A stretch of DNA of 64,000 nt from assembly GCA_965202585.1 (NCBI GenBank), contig OZ241829.1, forward strand, positions 50,716,001-50,780,000, read 5' to 3'. Of the stretch, positions 60,488-64,000 are shown one piece after another (positions within the stretch are counted from its first letter, which is position 1; each line of letters begins with the position of its first letter). The notes beneath the pieces are model-generated. The model saw only the letters and a list, made by a program, of their open reading frames with translations. It ran no database searches and was not told the DNA's origin. The DNA is from Thalia democratica (Eukaryota). The position numbers and the translations under genes were made by a program.

Positions 60488-63196
60488 AGATGAATGGGTG
60501 TGTAATAAGTTAAGGAATAGGTATTCATTTAAAAAAATCTGTCCTAGTTTTGAAATATTTTTATAGTGTTTATTTAAAAAGTTTTAGCTAGTATTACTTT
60601 ATAGTTTATACTTAAGTTTTATGTGTAGTGAATTGAAGCCTCAGATTAATTACGTTTTAAATACTATGAATGTTTCTGCCACTTATAAGATAATAAAATA
60701 TTATCTTATTTTGTTTGATTTGCAGTGTTTTCAATATTAAATAATAAAAGATAGATCAAGCAAGCTCGTTATAATAGTAAAAACATCTCTGATTTTTATA
60801 ATTGTTATTAAGTGACGTTTTGTTATGTTAAGTTGACATGACAATCTTTAGTTGCTTGTTAAATAAGTATGTTAAAAATTGGTCAGAAAAATAATTTTCA
60901 TAAAAACACGACAATAGTATAAAGTAATAATTTAAATTTATTGTTGTAAAAGTGTAGGACATTTGGGACAGAAACAAATAGCTTATAAATGTTATCGTCT
61001 CTCTAGAGGTTTTATTTCACGAGGAATTTTATTCGATGATGAATATTAATCATAGTTGCCAAAATTACTTACAAACCCATTACATACACAAAGTCAGCAT
61101 ATAACAAATACATGGGAAAAAATTACGTAAAATAATGTCTTTAAGTTTTAAAAACGTAGTTCTTTTGTACTTAGCCTGTTAAGTACAACTAAATATTTCT
61201 CTATCTAACATGAAAACTTTAAGAAACAATACCTTAAAAGCAAAATGTTCTTTTTTTACATAGTTCTATGAGGAAAAATAGTTTGCTATCTCTCTGTACA
61301 AACTGTTAAGTGGTTGATTTAATTACCTATAAATAATTAATTGTTTCATTTTTCTTATCTCAACTTTAACATATAACTTTATTATAAGCTGATAAATTAT
61401 AAACATAATAAAAAAAAATCTATTTAGCTATTAGTTTTAAAAATACAACACACTTTTTTTCTTAAAAATAAAACCTTTTCTCTGATTAGTAGTAAAGTTT
61501 GTATTCTAAATAAAAACTCAATAGAAGCTTTGTGAGAAACTTTAGATCAATACTAAAAACTTATATTGAAAGCATTGTTAAAGCGAAAAGATACATGTTT
61601 CTGCAAACTGTCATAGATATTATTTTGCTGTAATTTCACTGTCAATTGTAAGTTTGTTAATTTAAACAGAGTCGTTTTAAATAGACTATTTTAAAATCTA
61701 GCAATTTAAACTTTTACTGTTATGCTTTTGTAAAATTAAACACACGATCAAAACGAAGAAACCACAACTGTTAAACTTACTGAAACACATATAATGCGGC
61801 TATATAAATAAGTGTATTTGTAACTAAAATATTATTTATTTTAAAACGAAAACATACTTTTGTTTCCAGAACAAAAACGTCAACAGTTTTGCAAATTTGT
61901 AACAATGCCAATAAAAAGTATTTTACAACTAATACTAGCTTACGTAAAATAAAACATTTAAGATACTCAACTAGTTTATTATTTTATAGTTAAGATTTTA
62001 TAATTATAGAATCTTTTTCAATGCTATCAATAATTAATGCGCTAGTTGTTTTTTTTTTGCACAATGTCACTTTTGCATGAGTCGTCAACTTAGCACAAGG
62101 AATTACTTTTACGCGGCATCAACTTTCCGAGCTTGAATTTTGTGAAATTACAATAAAACCCAATTAGAAGTTTTTTAAATTATTTTTCAACCTAAATAAA
62201 AGTTTGTCTTTGACTAAATTCAAACTTATATAATTAAAAAACTATAATATAATTACAATTAAATAAACCTATCAAAATTAAGTTTAAAACAAACAAAAAA
62301 AAGCTAAAACGAAGTTCAAAAAATAAATTTTATTACTAATCCAAGTTAATTTAAATGATTAGTTTTTTTACATTTATATGAAAAGAAATTTTTACTCAAC
62401 TTAAAAAAAAACTTTTTAATCTATAGTTTGTCGTTTCAAAAAGGTTTTTATATTTTCAGTTTTATACTAATTAACTTGATCCAAATATCGACACCGTGGT
62501 TTTTCTGTCAAACGTAAAGTTTTTTTAGATAAGACAGTAATGGATACTGAAGAAAAACTAAGTATTTAATCTTAACAAATATGTGATTTAGAATAAAGTT
62601 TAGTATTATTCTAAATCTACTTATTTTTACTTGTTAAAATATTCGAAAAAAAGAAAAATATATAAATGCAGGAAGATTGTTTTCTCAATTTAAATATTAG
62701 CTTGTTTAAACTATTTTAACATTAACAAAATAAGTCTATTTAAAGATTACTTTGACTAATTTTGAAATAAAGTTATAAATTAAAATACGAAAACGCACTA
62801 TCAGTTTAGTACGAATCAGGGTGTTTAGAAACAATATGGTTTTTTTTTAATTTTACTTATTCACATTTTGATAATTAGAAAATATCTTTGCTTAAAAACT
62901 TTTTAAAAGATTTATTTCTTAAAAACACTATATTCTAATAGATAAACAACAGTTTGATAGTTGATACTAAAAGCGAACTGTTTTGATAAATTATAGTAAT
63001 CGCATTTAAAAATAAGATTTGTTTTTTTTAATGACCGCCGGTGGCGTTAGAGGATTATTTATTAAAAAACACTTTATGAAAATATAAACAATGTATGGCT
63101 TTGTGCTCTGTCAGCTTGTGCACCAAGCAAATCACATTTATTTTCTGTACTTATTATTATAATATAAAAAAATCTTTTACCTTATATATTTATAGT

Positions 63197-63829
63197 GGAA
63201 CGGTTCAAAATTGCACGAGGGGACTAAATTCCACGAAAACAAAATTTCACGAAGGTTCAAATTTGAACGTGATACTTTTGCACAAAGGGTCAATTTTGCA
63301 CGAATTTGTACCTAGGGTAATTTTTGCACGAGAGTAAAAAGATACAGAATAAAAAACTAAAAGAAAATGTAGTAATAAAAAAAAAAAAAGTTACTGACCG
63401 AGGGTAAAGGTTAAGGGTAACAGTGATAGTAAAAATCTAAAATAATAATATAAATTGTTCCAAAAAAAAAAAATACAAGAAGATTTAATAAATAAAAATA
63501 AACTATTTTAAAAGAAAAAAAAAATCTACCGACCGAAGGAAAGTGTTAGGAGTAACAATTATAGTAAAAATAAAAGTTACTTACCGAGGGTAAGGGTTAG
63601 GGATAACAGTTATAGTAAAATAAATATAAATGCTAAATTTAAAGAAAAACAAAAAATATATTTAATAAAAAAAAATAATTCAACCCGTGAAAATTTGTCT
63701 GCTCGTGCAAAAGTACTTTCGTGAAAAAGTGACTGTTCGTGCTTAAGCGTCTTCGTGCAATTTAGTCCCCTCGTGCAATTTAATCCTTTCGTGCAGTTTT
63801 TTCCGCTCGTGCAAATTTGACACCAACCC
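63197..63829. mobile_element. Mutator-like non-autonomous element
   Basis: Perfect 9-bp TSD ATTTATAGT (63188-63196, 63830-63838); G..C termini; inverted subterminal arrays of TTGCACGA; internal ACCGAGGGTAA-type repeats. Confidence 0.8.
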
Positions 63830-64000
63830 ATTTATAGTATAATAAAGTTTATGCTTATTACTATGTTTATATTATTTTAATAAAGTATAGTCGCTTTTTA
63901 TTTTTTAACTAACTGACTTCATTAGTAAGATATTGTAGTTCTAATCTTTGGTAACTTAAACCTAGTGAGTCAGAACAACTCACGTCTTTTTAATTTATTA

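Noticed and set aside
58382-60566. Small ORFs at 58382, 59353 (-) and 60351 (+)
   Set aside because: Shadows of the long plus-strand exon.
63095-63831. ORFs 63095-63337 and 63610-63831
   Set aside because: They run through the repetitive arms of the Mutator-like MITE.
1-64000. CRISPR arrays, rRNA, tRNA, operons or prokaryotic defence systems
   Set aside because: The window is intron-rich animal DNA; no regularly spaced repeat-spacer array or tRNA/rRNA fold was seen.

Overview
AT-rich animal genomic DNA, not prokaryotic. Composition, short GT-AG introns and the repeat spectrum suggest Hydra or a similar cnidarian (inference). Two divergent multi-exon genes were reconstructed by hand with consistent splice phases. 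A MYLIP/IDOL-like FERM+RING E3 ligase lies on the minus strand (3687-10703, 8 coding exons, 498 aa). CEP83/CCDC41 lies on the plus strand (21667-57893, 14 coding exons, 671 aa) and is followed by a 2.37-kb open exon (58122-60487) that may give it a novel ~790-aa tail. The introns carry many transposable elements. (1) A 1984-bp Transib/RAG1-like transposon (40118-42101) has CACAGTG ends, a perfect 5-bp TSD, bipartite TIRs asymmetric by 10 bp, and a CX2CX3GHX4C C-terminal tail. (2) An LTR-less, 5'-inverted Ty3/Gypsy gag-pol block (44857-49162), flanked by a 5-bp TSD, splits a Penelope-like element and has twin-priming geometry. (3) Histone H2B/H4 pseudogenes are fused to the 5' end of that Penelope-like element. 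Also present: a second decayed Gypsy, further Penelope-like, CR1 and hAT relics, several MITEs, and a six-copy hairpin repeat. Family assignments rest on remembered motifs; no database search was run.
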